From assembly GCA_964250955.1 (NCBI GenBank), contig CAXUIU010000001.1, positions 1 through 56,022 on the forward strand: a stretch of DNA of 56,022 nucleotides, in the 5' to 3' direction. The stretch is from an uncultured Chthoniobacterales bacterium (GTDB lineage Bacteria; Verrucomicrobiota; Verrucomicrobiia; Chthoniobacterales; SZAS-18). Below, piece by piece: positions 46,007 through 55,191 of the stretch. Position numbers and translations under genes: made by a program. Under the pieces are notes generated by a model, which did not search any database, was not told where the DNA came from, and saw only the letters and a program-made list of their open reading frames with translations. Positions within the stretch are counted from its first letter, which is position 1, and each line of letters starts with the position of its first letter.

Positions 46007-47125
46007 CTACTTCGGCATGAACGCCACGATGCCGGCGGTGATGAAGATGTTAACAAGAGCTGCCTCAAAGAACACGATCCAGCCGAGCTTCATCAACTGA
46101 TCGTAGCGGAAACGTGGCAGCGTCCAGCGAATCCAGATGAAGAAAAGCAGGAGGAGAATGACCTTCGAGAAGAAGCAAACGATGTTCGCCAGACCCCAGA
46201 ACGTGCCGATGATGCCAGGTCCGGCGTGATCAGCCATGAACGGGATGTTCCACCCGCCGAGAAAGAGCGTCACGATCAGCGAACAGCCCGTGATCATCGC
46301 CGCGTACTCACCCAGGAAGAACAGCGCGAACTTCATCGACGAATACTCGGTGTGGTATCCGGCCACGAGTTCCGTCTCCGCTTCGGGCAAATCGAAGGGC
46401 AAACGGTTCGTCTCCGCGAAGATCGAAACCGTGAAGATGAAGAACGAAATTAACATCGGCAATAGCAGTGCCCACTGGCGCGCGTGGAACCCGGCTGTAA
46501 TCGGCAGAATCGTCCAGCCGTTTGCTACCTGGTACTCAACGATTTTAGGCAAGTTGAGTTCACCCAGTGCCAGAAACAGCGGGATGATAGAGAGACCGAG
46601 CGAAAGCTCGTAGGAAATCATCTGCGAAGTCGAGCGAACCCCACCCAAAAACGGGTATTTGGAATTCGACGACCATCCGGCCAACACGATGCCGTACACG
46701 CCCAATGAGGCGACGGCAAACACGAACAGCACGCCGATGTTGACGTTAGCAATCACCATCGACTGACCCAAAAGCGTGCTGCCGAAGGGAACTACCGCGA
46801 TGGTCAACAACGCAGGCACCATCGCCAGACACGGGGCGAGCCAATAGTAGAATTTGTTGACGTGCGCCGGGGTAAAATCCTCTTTGAGGAGGAACTTCAC
46901 GGCATCCGCGATGGGTTGACCCATCCCGCCGAGCGGCCCTTGCAAATCCTTCTTGAAGCCAAGCAGCGTGGTCGGGAAACCCGTGCGGTTCGGCCCGACG
47001 CGGTCTTGGATCAGCGCGCTGACGCGTCGCTCGGCATAAACTGTGTACGACACGATGGGCAGGATCACCGCGAAGATGATCGCCAGGATCTTGACCAGCG
47101 AAATGATGGTGAACGACCAGTCCAT
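46007..47125 (-). CDS. nuoH: NADH-quinone oxidoreductase subunit H
   Basis: ERRVSALIQDRVGPNR, QPIADAVK, QMISYE, AETNRLPFDLPEAE, PRFRYDQLM. Confidence 0.97.
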   Translation of the reverse strand: MDWSFTIISLVKILAIIFAVILPIVSYTVYAERRVSALIQDRVGPNRTGFPTTLLGFKKDLQGPLGGMGQPIADAVKFLLKEDFTPAHVNKFYYWLAPCLAMVPALLTIAVVPFGSTLLGQSMVIANVNIGVLFVFAVASLGVYGIVLAGWSSNSKYPFLGGVRSTSQMISYELSLGLSIIPLFLALGELNLPKIVEYQVANGWTILPITAGFHARQWALLLPMLISFFIFTVSIFAETNRLPFDLPEAETELVAGYHTEYSSMKFALFFLGEYAAMITGCSLIVTLFLGGWNIPFMADHAGPGIIGTFWGLANIVCFFSKVILLLLFFIWIRWTLPRFRYDQLMKLGWIVFFEAALVNIFITAGIVAFMPK

Positions 47126-47128
47126 GGC

Positions 47129-48859
47129 TCAGGGGTTCGGCAACGAACCGACCGTCTTCTCGTCGGCGGCTTTGGGCACGTCTTTCTTTTCCTCTTCGTG
47201 GATCACCTGCACGCCAAGGTCGCCGATCTTGCTCAGGCTCAGGCCAGCGAGGGCAGGGGTATCGTTCGCCATCGACTTGAACACGTCCTCGACCATGTAG
47301 AGGCCGTTGCTGCCGGTGAGCGCAAGAATCAGGTCGCGCAGGATTTCCCAATCGTCCCGCGTGTCGCCTGGAGCGACGATGGCACGGTTGAGGCGCTGGA
47401 GACGGCCCTTGACGTTGATCATCGAACCACGCTTCTCCGCAAACCCGAGTCCGGGTAGGACCACCGTGGCCGCCTTCGTAGTCGCGCTCGGCAGCATGCC
47501 TAGCGAGATGAGGCAGGGAAGGTCTTCAAGCCCTTTCGCCGTCGCACCGATCTCGGTAGCGTCCTCGTGCAAACAGATCAGCGCGTGGATGCGTGCGGAG
47601 TTAATGCCTTCAGCAATCTCCTTGAGCTTTGCGCCGGGTTCATCGGACGCCACGCGCAGGAGCTTGGCTCCGGCGGTGTTCGGGTTACCGTCTTTGCTCA
47701 ACAAAATGTCGTCGCCCGCCTGCGGACGGGGCACCACGTCGATGAGCGTGACTTTGAGCGCGTCGGCGAGCCGGCGCGTGAGGTAGAGTTCCTCGTTGGT
47801 CATCCGTGCGCTGGCGACGATGGCGATTTCCTCGCCCTTGAAGTCCCGCAACTGTCCGGCGGCGCGCTTGGTGGCCGCCTGCCACTCGGCGTCGCGGAAC
47901 GCGCCGTCGTTCTGGCGCACCTGCGGGGCGACGAGCCGGCGTTCGTCGTGGAGGTAGTGGAAGTTGAGCCGACCGTAGTCGCACATCCACACGGAGTTCA
48001 CGTCGTTGTTCTCGCGCGGGGTCTGGCGGTAGACCACGTCCTGCCGGCTGCCGACCACGGTGTTGCAGCCTGTCCCGCAACTCGTGCAAATGCTCTTGGT
48101 CTCCTTGAGGAACCAGACGCGCATTTTGAAGCGGAAATCCTTCGAGGTCAACGCACCGACCGGGCAAATGTCCACGGTGTTGAGCGTGTAGTTGTTGTCG
48201 AACCGTCGCTCGGGGTGCGCCGTCAGGGTCGAGTAGCTGCCGCGGTCCACGAAGCCGAGCGCGTCGTCGTGGGCAATCTCCTTGGAAAAGCGGATGCAGC
48301 GCGAACACAGGATGCAGCGTTCGTCGTCGAGCACGATGCGCGGCCCGAGGTCGACATGCTTGGGTTTGTGAACCTTCTCGTCCAAGAAGCGCGAGGAGGA
48401 CTGACCATATTCCACGCTGAACTCCTGCAAGCGGCACTCACCTGCCTGGTCGCAGATCGTGCAGTCGAGCGGATGATTGATGAGGAGGAACTCCATCACT
48501 CCTTTGCGGCAATCCTGCGCCATCTGGGAATCTGTGCGGATGCCCATGCCCTCGGCAATATCCTGCGCACAGGAAATCTGCGGCCGGGGAATCCAGTTGA
48601 TGACCGGCTTGCCGTCCGGCCCAAGCTCGGGCTTCCTGTCCGCGCCCATTTTGGGCATGCCCATTTCGATCAGGCACATGCGGCAATTGCCCGGCGACGA
48701 AAGCTTCGGATGGTAGCAATAGCGCGGGACGTACGCGCCGGCCTGCGTGCACGCCTCGATGACGCGCGTGCCCTTGGGGAACTGGTGCCAGACGCCGTCC
48801 ACCTGCACGTTCAACATTTGAACGGCTGGGGGCGCGGTGATCGTCGAAGAATCGCTCAT
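47129..48859 (-). CDS. nuoG: NADH-quinone oxidoreductase subunit G (short form)
   Basis: PRYCYHP..GNCRMC, HPLDCTICDQAGECRLQ, CILCSRCIRF, DICPVGAL, CTSCGTGC...WMCD. Start trimmed to ATG at 48859. Confidence 0.94.
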   Translation of the reverse strand: MSDSSTITAPPAVQMLNVQVDGVWHQFPKGTRVIEACTQAGAYVPRYCYHPKLSSPGNCRMCLIEMGMPKMGADRKPELGPDGKPVINWIPRPQISCAQDIAEGMGIRTDSQMAQDCRKGVMEFLLINHPLDCTICDQAGECRLQEFSVEYGQSSSRFLDEKVHKPKHVDLGPRIVLDDERCILCSRCIRFSKEIAHDDALGFVDRGSYSTLTAHPERRFDNNYTLNTVDICPVGALTSKDFRFKMRVWFLKETKSICTSCGTGCNTVVGSRQDVVYRQTPRENNDVNSVWMCDYGRLNFHYLHDERRLVAPQVRQNDGAFRDAEWQAATKRAAGQLRDFKGEEIAIVASARMTNEELYLTRRLADALKVTLIDVVPRPQAGDDILLSKDGNPNTAGAKLLRVASDEPGAKLKEIAEGINSARIHALICLHEDATEIGATAKGLEDLPCLISLGMLPSATTKAATVVLPGLGFAEKRGSMINVKGRLQRLNRAIVAPGDTRDDWEILRDLILALTGSNGLYMVEDVFKSMANDTPALAGLSLSKIGDLGVQVIHEEEKKDVPKAADEKTVGSLPNP

Positions 48860-48896
48860 GGCTGCTGGTGCGTTGAAAGAATGAAAAGGGTGGGGG

Positions 48897-50396
48897 TTAA
48901 ACTTCGCCCGCCTTACTGTCGTTGGAGAGTTCCCAATCTGCGTCCGGCTTCGGCACACCGCCGGGGGTAGCCGTGGCGACCTCGTGGTCGTGGACCAGCA
49001 CCGGGCGGCCGTCGCGCAACGCCACGCCGTCAGACACCTCGCGCGGGGTGATGTTTCGCTGCGCCTTGGCAGCGAACTCGTCCGGGAACTTGCCGAGAAA
49101 ACTCTGCGTCGGCCACGCGCACGCCTCGCCGAAGGCACAGATCGTCTTGCCGGCGATGTTGTCGGCCACGCTCTTGAGGACAGCCGGGTCCTGCTTGGCG
49201 CCTTCACCGCTGACCATCCGGCGCGTGATCTTTTGCATCCACAGCGAGCCCTCACGGCAAGGGGTACACTGGCCGCAGCTTTCGTGGGCGTAGAACTCGT
49301 TGAGGTTGGCGAGGGTTTCGACCATGTCGCGCGAATCGTCCATGACGATCACGCCGCCCGAGCCTGCCATCGAGCCGACGGCCGCGAGCGTGTCGAAGTC
49401 CATCGGGATCTGGTCGAAGGTGATTTCCTTGTCCACCATCGCGCCGTCTGGACCCTTTTCCTTGATTTTGTACTTGTCGTCGGCACGCAGAACCTTGGCG
49501 CTGCTGCCACCAGGGATAATAGCCTTGAACTTGCGTCCCTCCTTCGGACCGCCGCACACGTCGTGGAGCAACTCGCCCATCGTCAACGAGCCAACCTCCA
49601 CCTCGAAATAGCCCGGCTTCTGCACGTCGCCGCTCACGCACAGGATGCGCGTGCCAGTGTTGTTGGGCCGGCCGATCTTGGCGTACTCGGCACCGCCCAT
49701 GTGGACGATATGCTTCACGTGGCAGAGCGTCTCCACGTTGTTGACGATGGTCGGGCACTGGTACAACCCGAGCACCGCAGGGAAATAGGGCGGCTTGATG
49801 CGCGGGTAGGGGCGCTTGCCTTCAAGCGACTCGATGAGGCCCGTCTCCTCGCCGCAGATGTACGCGCCAGCACCGCGGTGGACGTAGATTTCGCAGTCGA
49901 AGCCGCTGCCGAGGATGTTCTTACCGAGGAAGCCACGCTCGCGGGCTTCCGCCAACGCACGCTCCAGAATCTTCGCGCCTTCCGGGTACTCGCCGCGGAT
50001 GTAGATGTACGCCAGCTTCGCGTTGACCGCGTAGCAGGAGATCACCATCCCCTCGACCAATTGGTGCGGGTCCTGGTGGATGATGTAGCGATCCTTGAAC
50101 GTCCCTGGCTCGGACTCGTCAGCGTTGCAGATTAAATAGATCGGCTTCGGACCATCCTGCTTGATAAAGCCCCACTTCACCCCGCACGGGAAACCCGCCC
50201 CGCCGCGCCCGCGCAGGCCGCTGGCTTTCACCTCGTTGACCACGTCCGGCTGGGACATCGTCAGCGCCTTCTTGAGGTCTTCGTAGCCGCCGTCTTCCAA
50301 GTACGAACCGATATCGGGTTTGTAGCCCGGGCGGTCCACGTTCTTGAAGATCATCCGGCGCTCGCGCGGATGGGGCTGTTTGATCAGCGAAACCAT
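48897..50396 (-). CDS. nuoF: NADH-quinone oxidoreductase subunit F
   Basis: GLRGRGGAGF, CNADESEPGTFKDR, GAGAYICGEET, HESCGQCTPCREG, ICAFG. Start trimmed to ATG at 50396. Confidence 0.97.
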   Translation of the reverse strand: MVSLIKQPHPRERRMIFKNVDRPGYKPDIGSYLEDGGYEDLKKALTMSQPDVVNEVKASGLRGRGGAGFPCGVKWGFIKQDGPKPIYLICNADESEPGTFKDRYIIHQDPHQLVEGMVISCYAVNAKLAYIYIRGEYPEGAKILERALAEARERGFLGKNILGSGFDCEIYVHRGAGAYICGEETGLIESLEGKRPYPRIKPPYFPAVLGLYQCPTIVNNVETLCHVKHIVHMGGAEYAKIGRPNNTGTRILCVSGDVQKPGYFEVEVGSLTMGELLHDVCGGPKEGRKFKAIIPGGSSAKVLRADDKYKIKEKGPDGAMVDKEITFDQIPMDFDTLAAVGSMAGSGGVIVMDDSRDMVETLANLNEFYAHESCGQCTPCREGSLWMQKITRRMVSGEGAKQDPAVLKSVADNIAGKTICAFGEACAWPTQSFLGKFPDEFAAKAQRNITPREVSDGVALRDGRPVLVHDHEVATATPGGVPKPDADWELSNDSKAGEV

Positions 50397-50406
50397 AAAA
50401 GTTGCC

Positions 50407-50904
50407 TTACTGGTACTTGTCCAAGATTTGCGACGCCGACTCCTTGTCGACATGCTCGTAGAAATCGTCGTTGACCATGCACACCGGCGCGGAGCCGCAG
50501 CTCGCCAGGCACTCGACGAACTCGATGGAGAACTTCCCGTCCTCCCCGACCGTGAACGGCGTGCCGTGCCCCGCGTGCTTGGGACGATCAATGTGCGCTA
50601 GTTCGCAGAAGTCATTCAGCAGTCGGTACGAACCCGCCATCGCGCACGACAACGTCCGGCAAACCCGGATGTGGTGCTTGCCGGGAGGTGCCGCACGGAA
50701 CATCGGATAAAACGTCACGATCTCCAGCACGTTGATGGGCTGAAGTTCGAGCTTGGCGGCGACCCAGTCGGTCGTTTCCGGCGCGATGTAGCCAAAGTGT
50801 TCCTGCAAAAGGTGGAGCAGCGGCAGCACGGCGCTCCGCTTCGAGACGGGGTAGTGCGTGACGACCTCGTCGATCTTCTGTTCCAACTCGGCGGGGATTT
50901 CCAT
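50407..50904 (-). CDS. nuoE: NADH-quinone oxidoreductase subunit E
   Basis: SAVLPLLH, VTFYPMF, CRTLSC, ECLASCGSAP. Start trimmed to ATG at 50904. Confidence 0.96.
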   Translation of the reverse strand: MEIPAELEQKIDEVVTHYPVSKRSAVLPLLHLLQEHFGYIAPETTDWVAAKLELQPINVLEIVTFYPMFRAAPPGKHHIRVCRTLSCAMAGSYRLLNDFCELAHIDRPKHAGHGTPFTVGEDGKFSIEFVECLASCGSAPVCMVNDDFYEHVDKESASQILDKYQ

Positions 50905-50933
50905 GCGCGGCAAAAGGAGGGTTACAGCGGAGA

Positions 50934-51338
50934 CTATTCCGACTTCGTACTGGTCGAGGAAGTCGTGGTGCTGGTCCCGTTGGCGTCGCTGGTCGAGGTG
51001 CTCGTGGTTGTACCCACGGTGCTGGAGAACTCCTCCACCTCGCTGTTCTTGTACGTCACCGAGAGCGACTCTTTCCCCTCCACCCACGTGTTCGTGTGCT
51101 TGGAGAAAATGCCGAAGTTCTTGGTTTCGCCGGTGGTCGACGGCGCGCCGAAGAGCGCGTTGACCTGCGTTTCGTTCATGCCCTTGCTCAGCTTGGCGAC
51201 ATTGGCCGGTGTGACTTTGGTGTTACCGGCTTCGGTGACCTTGGCGTTCCCTTGCTTGTCGCAACCGACGTTGCCGAAAGTGACGGCGAGGCCGAGGACA
51301 GCGCAACCGAGCAGGGATTGGAGGCGGGTTTTCAACAT
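50934..51338 (-). CDS. Predicted lipoprotein (SmpA/BamE- or DUF3862-like motif, Thr/Ser-rich tail) inside the nuo operon
   Basis: Hydrophobic leader ending NVG-C; VTPANVAKLSKGMNETQVNALFGAP; 19 nt after nuoD and 29 nt before nuoE, same strand. Confidence 0.78.
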   Translation of the reverse strand: MLKTRLQSLLGCAVLGLAVTFGNVGCDKQGNAKVTEAGNTKVTPANVAKLSKGMNETQVNALFGAPSTTGETKNFGIFSKHTNTWVEGKESLSVTYKNSEVEEFSSTVGTTTSTSTSDANGTSTTTSSTSTKSE

Positions 51339-51357
51339 ATTGGTACAAAAGGAAGGG

Positions 51358-52617
51358 TCAGCGGTCGCACTCGCCCATGACGAAATCCAGGCTGCCGAGG
51401 ATGGCGACCACGTCGCTCATCATGTGACCGGGGATCAGCTTGGGCAGGATGCTCAGATTGACGAAGGACGGGGCGCGGATCTTGAGCCGGTGCGGCACGC
51501 CACCACCCTTGCTGTTGATGTAGAATCCCAGTTCACCCTTCGGATTTTCGGCCCCGAAGTACACTTCGCCCGGAGGCGCGTCAATGCCCTGGGTCACGAC
51601 CATGAAGTGGTGGATGAGTTCCTCCATCTTCATCAGTACGGCCTGTTTGGGCGGAAGGATGTTTTTACCGTCCACGACATTGATCGGCCCATCGGGCATC
51701 CGGTCGAGGACTTGGTGGATGATACGCACGCTCTGACGCATTTCTTCCAGACGCACGAGGTAGCGGTCGTAGCAGTCCCCGACGCTGCCGACGGCCACGT
51801 CGAAGTCGTAGTTCTCGTAGCCCAAGTAAGGCGCTTTCTTGCGTACGTCGTGGTCCACGCCGGAGCCGCGCAGGTTCGGCCCGGAGAGACCGTAGGCGAT
51901 GGCATCCTCTTTGGAGATGTGGCCCACGTCCCGGGTACGGTCCACGAAGATGCGGTTGCGGGTCAGCAGCCGGTCGGTCTCGTCGAGCGCGGGGACGAAA
52001 TCCTTCAGGAACTGCCGCAACTGCCCTGGGAAGTGCTCGGGCATGTCGCGCGTCTGCCCACCGACACGGGTGTAGCTCGTCGTGAAACGCGCCCCCGTCA
52101 GTTGCTCGATGAGATTATAAATCTTCTCGCGCTCCGTGAAAGTGTACATGAAGACGCTGAGCGCCCCCGTATCCATGGCAAAGGCTCCGAGTCCCAGCAG
52201 GTGCGCCGAGATGCGCGCGATCTCGCAGCAGATCACCCGGATGGCCTGGCCGCGCGGAGGCAGTTCCCAGCCCATGAGCTTCTCCACGGCGAGAGCATAC
52301 GCGACGTTGTTCGCCAAGGGAGCGAGGTAGTCCAGCCGGTCCGTGTACGGGATGAACTGGTTGTACTGCATGTTCTCGGCGATCTTCTCGTCGCCGCGGT
52401 GCAGGTAGCCCATGTCGGGCGTGACCTTGGTGACGGTTTCGCCGTCGAGTTCAAGCACGAGGCGCAGGACGCCGTGGGTCGCCGGGTGAGAAGGACCCAT
52501 GTTCAGGGTCATCTTCTCGCCAATTTTGTCGTCGGTGGTCTCTCGCAAACTGCCGAGGGACGCTTGGGTGCGCGCCAGCGTGTCAGGCGCTTCGATTTCT
52601 TGGATGCGCGTAGCCAT
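51358..52617 (-). CDS. nuoD: NADH-quinone oxidoreductase subunit D
   Basis: NMGPSHPATHGVLR, GYLHRG.EK, DRLDY, ENPKGE, SLDFVMGECDR. Start trimmed to ATG at 52617. Confidence 0.97.
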   Translation of the reverse strand: MATRIQEIEAPDTLARTQASLGSLRETTDDKIGEKMTLNMGPSHPATHGVLRLVLELDGETVTKVTPDMGYLHRGDEKIAENMQYNQFIPYTDRLDYLAPLANNVAYALAVEKLMGWELPPRGQAIRVICCEIARISAHLLGLGAFAMDTGALSVFMYTFTEREKIYNLIEQLTGARFTTSYTRVGGQTRDMPEHFPGQLRQFLKDFVPALDETDRLLTRNRIFVDRTRDVGHISKEDAIAYGLSGPNLRGSGVDHDVRKKAPYLGYENYDFDVAVGSVGDCYDRYLVRLEEMRQSVRIIHQVLDRMPDGPINVVDGKNILPPKQAVLMKMEELIHHFMVVTQGIDAPPGEVYFGAENPKGELGFYINSKGGGVPHRLKIRAPSFVNLSILPKLIPGHMMSDVVAILGSLDFVMGECDR

Positions 52618-52716
52618 GGGAAACGGGGGGCGACGGGCGGTGCCAAGAAACGAACGGACCACGGCCAGCCTGCCCTCTATAAGTAGGTTCTGCCGCCATA
52701 GTGGCGCAAGCGCGAA

Positions 52717-52734
52717 TTGTGAAATATTTCACAA
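52717..52734. promoter_or_regulatory. Perfect palindromic operator, Rex box (TTGTGAA-N4-TTCACAA) or CRP/FNR-family site
   Basis: TTGTGAAATATTTCACAA, AT-rich in a GC-rich background, in the divergent nuoD/ndh intergenic region. Confidence 0.8.
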
Positions 52735-52811
52735 GCGTCGCTTGCTCGGCCGAGGCATTTGCGGGAAATTAGCTCACCGCCGGATACTTCCGCCGGGAAT
52801 CCTTTTTCGCC

Positions 52812-54230
52812 ATGAGCAGCGCCACCACGGAACCGCCTCCTGCCACCGACTTGAAGCCAGCCGCCACCACTCCGGTCGCCCGGCCGCTGTCCAAACGCCC
52901 GCGCGTCGTCGTCATCGGGGGCGGCTTCGGCGGGGTGGAAGCCATCAAAAAGTTCAAGGGCGAGGCCGTGGACGTGACGCTGATCGACCGCAGCAACCAC
53001 CACCTTTTCCAGCCGCTGCTCTACCAAGTGGCGACCGGGGGGCTGACGCCTGCCAACATCGCCCGGCCCCTGCGCGAAATCTTCCGCCACCAGCAAAACG
53101 TTGATGTCGTGCTCTCCGAAGCGCGCCGCATCGACGTGGACGCGCGGCAAGTCATCACGGAAGACCTCGTGATCCCTTACGACTTCCTGATCCTCGCCAC
53201 GGGCTCGCGGCACAGTTACTTCGGGCACGATGAGTGGGAGAAATTTGCCCCCGGCCTCAAGAGCGTTGCTGACGCCGTCGAGATTCGGAGGCGGATGCTG
53301 ACTGCTTTCGAGATCGCCGAGAAAGCCGTTGACCAGGCCGAGCGCGACGCGGCGATGACTTTTGTCATCGTCGGGGGCGGCCCGACGGGATGCGAGATGG
53401 CCGGGGCGATCAGCGAAATCGCCCGGCACACGATGACGCGCGACTTCCGCCACATCGATTCGGCTAAGGCCAAGATCATGATCATCGAGGGCGGACCGCG
53501 CATTTTGGGCGGCTTCCCGGAGGTCCTCTCGGACAGCGGTCGCAAGCAGCTTCAGCAGATCGGCGTGGAAATCCACGAGGGCCTGACCGTCACGAACGTC
53601 ACCGCGGAGGGCGTCGAGGTGAAGGGCGGCCAGTTTGTGCCTGCGCGCACGGTCATCTGGGGAGCTGGCAACATGGCTTCGCCGCTGGGCAAGTCGCTCG
53701 GCGTACCCGTTGATAGGGCCGGCCGCGTGATCGTCAACGAGGACCTGACTATCCCCGGCCATCCCGAGGTGCAGGTCATCGGCGACCTGGCGAACTTCTC
53801 CCATCAAACCGGCAAGCCGCTGCCCGGCGTCAGTCCGCCCGCCATGCAGGAGGGCCGGCACGCCGCCGCCAACATCCTCGAAACGCTCGCTGGCGGCAAG
53901 CCGATGAACTTCGAGTATTGGGACAAAGGCAACCTGGCAACCATTGGCCGCAACCGCGCCGTGGCCGACCTGCCCTACCGCATCCGCTTCGGGGGTTTCA
54001 TTGCTTGGTTCTTGTGGGCCGTCGTCCACATTTTCTACCTGGTCGGCTACCGCAACCGGTTCGCGGTGATGGGCGAGTGGCTGTGGAACTACATCACGTT
54101 CTACCGCGGCTCGCGCCTGATCACCGGCATGCAGAACGGTCAAGAGGCGCTGCACCACCCCGCGCCCGGCGCGGAACCGATGGCGGCACCGGGCGGCGTG
54201 CCGATGGCTCTCGGGGCGTCCAAACCCTGA
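52812..54230 (+). CDS. ndh: Type II NADH:quinone oxidoreductase (NDH-2)
   Basis: VIGGGFGG, HLFQPLLYQVATG, IVGGGPTGCEMAG, VIGDLA, AMQEG, Y.DKG.LATIGRN.AV. Confidence 0.93.
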   Translation: MSSATTEPPPATDLKPAATTPVARPLSKRPRVVVIGGGFGGVEAIKKFKGEAVDVTLIDRSNHHLFQPLLYQVATGGLTPANIARPLREIFRHQQNVDVVLSEARRIDVDARQVITEDLVIPYDFLILATGSRHSYFGHDEWEKFAPGLKSVADAVEIRRRMLTAFEIAEKAVDQAERDAAMTFVIVGGGPTGCEMAGAISEIARHTMTRDFRHIDSAKAKIMIIEGGPRILGGFPEVLSDSGRKQLQQIGVEIHEGLTVTNVTAEGVEVKGGQFVPARTVIWGAGNMASPLGKSLGVPVDRAGRVIVNEDLTIPGHPEVQVIGDLANFSHQTGKPLPGVSPPAMQEGRHAAANILETLAGGKPMNFEYWDKGNLATIGRNRAVADLPYRIRFGGFIAWFLWAVVHIFYLVGYRNRFAVMGEWLWNYITFYRGSRLITGMQNGQEALHHPAPGAEPMAAPGGVPMALGASKP

Positions 54231-54243
54231 GGGGTTCCCTCCC

Positions 54244-55173
54244 GTGCGCTGTTTTTACTCGCCGGGCTACTACCTGCCGTTGCGGGAGGGGCATCCGTTC
54301 CCCATGGTTAAATTTCCGCTCGCCCACGAGATGCTCTTGGCGGGCGGTGCGGTGGAAGCAGCCGACGTGGAAGAAGTGACCCCCTGTGCGCGGGAACACC
54401 TGGAGCGTGTCCACACGCCCGAGTACCTTGACCGGCTCTCCCGCGGCGACCTTTCCTCGCGGGAGGCCACGGCGCTCGGCCTGCCTCCGTCGCCAGAACT
54501 CTTCGCCCGCTGCGCCCGGGAAGTGGAGGGCACCCGCCGGACCGTGCGGGCGGCGCTCGCCGATGGCGTCGCCGCCAACCTCGCCGGCGGCACGCACCAC
54601 GCCTTTGCGGACCGCGGAGAGGGGTTCTGCGCGCTCAACGACGTGGTCGTGGCCGTGCGCGACCTGCAAACCGACCGCCCCGAACTGCGGATCATGGTCG
54701 TGGACACCGACGCCCACCAGGGCAACGGCACCCACGCGCTTCTCGGCGCGGACCCGCACGTTTTCACCTACTCGATCCACGTCGCCGCCAACTATCCGAG
54801 CCGTAAGGTGCCCGGCTCGCTCGACGTGGGCTTGGAGCGTTTCGTCACCGGCCCCGTGTTCCTCGACGCCCTGCGACAATCGTTGCCGCCGGCCGTAGAA
54901 TCCTTCCGGCCGGACCTGGCGATCTGGATTTCGGGCGCGGACCCGCACCAAAACGACCGTTTTGGCCAGATGCAGCTCACCCTGAAGGAGATGTCGGCGC
55001 GTGACGCGTTCGTGCTGGGCCTGTTCGTGCCGCAAGGCATCCCGGTGGCCGTGCTGTACGGCGGCGGGTACAACCGTGAGTTGAACAACACCGCCCGACT
55101 CCATCGCAACTCCGTCGAAGCGGCGGCGCGCCTCGCCCGCGGTGAGGACCTCGCTGTTGCCAGCGATCATTAG
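54244..55173 (+). CDS. Histone deacetylase-family (Zn-dependent) deacylase
   Basis: HPFPMVKF, NLAGGTHHA, GFCALND, DTDAHQGNGT, GADPH, GGGY. Confidence 0.93.
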   Translation: MRCFYSPGYYLPLREGHPFPMVKFPLAHEMLLAGGAVEAADVEEVTPCAREHLERVHTPEYLDRLSRGDLSSREATALGLPPSPELFARCAREVEGTRRTVRAALADGVAANLAGGTHHAFADRGEGFCALNDVVVAVRDLQTDRPELRIMVVDTDAHQGNGTHALLGADPHVFTYSIHVAANYPSRKVPGSLDVGLERFVTGPVFLDALRQSLPPAVESFRPDLAIWISGADPHQNDRFGQMQLTLKEMSARDAFVLGLFVPQGIPVAVLYGGGYNRELNNTARLHRNSVEAAARLARGEDLAVASDH

Positions 55174-55191
55174 AGCATCAGGTGCTTTCCG

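Noticed and set aside
8573-52686. Many long antisense ORFs (8573-10225, 12849-14579, 19642-20856, 23751-25457, 29803-31560, 37257-38522, 47567-48970, 50671-52686)
   Set aside because: They mirror well-supported genes, have no family motifs, and are expected from stop-codon scarcity in high-GC coding DNA.
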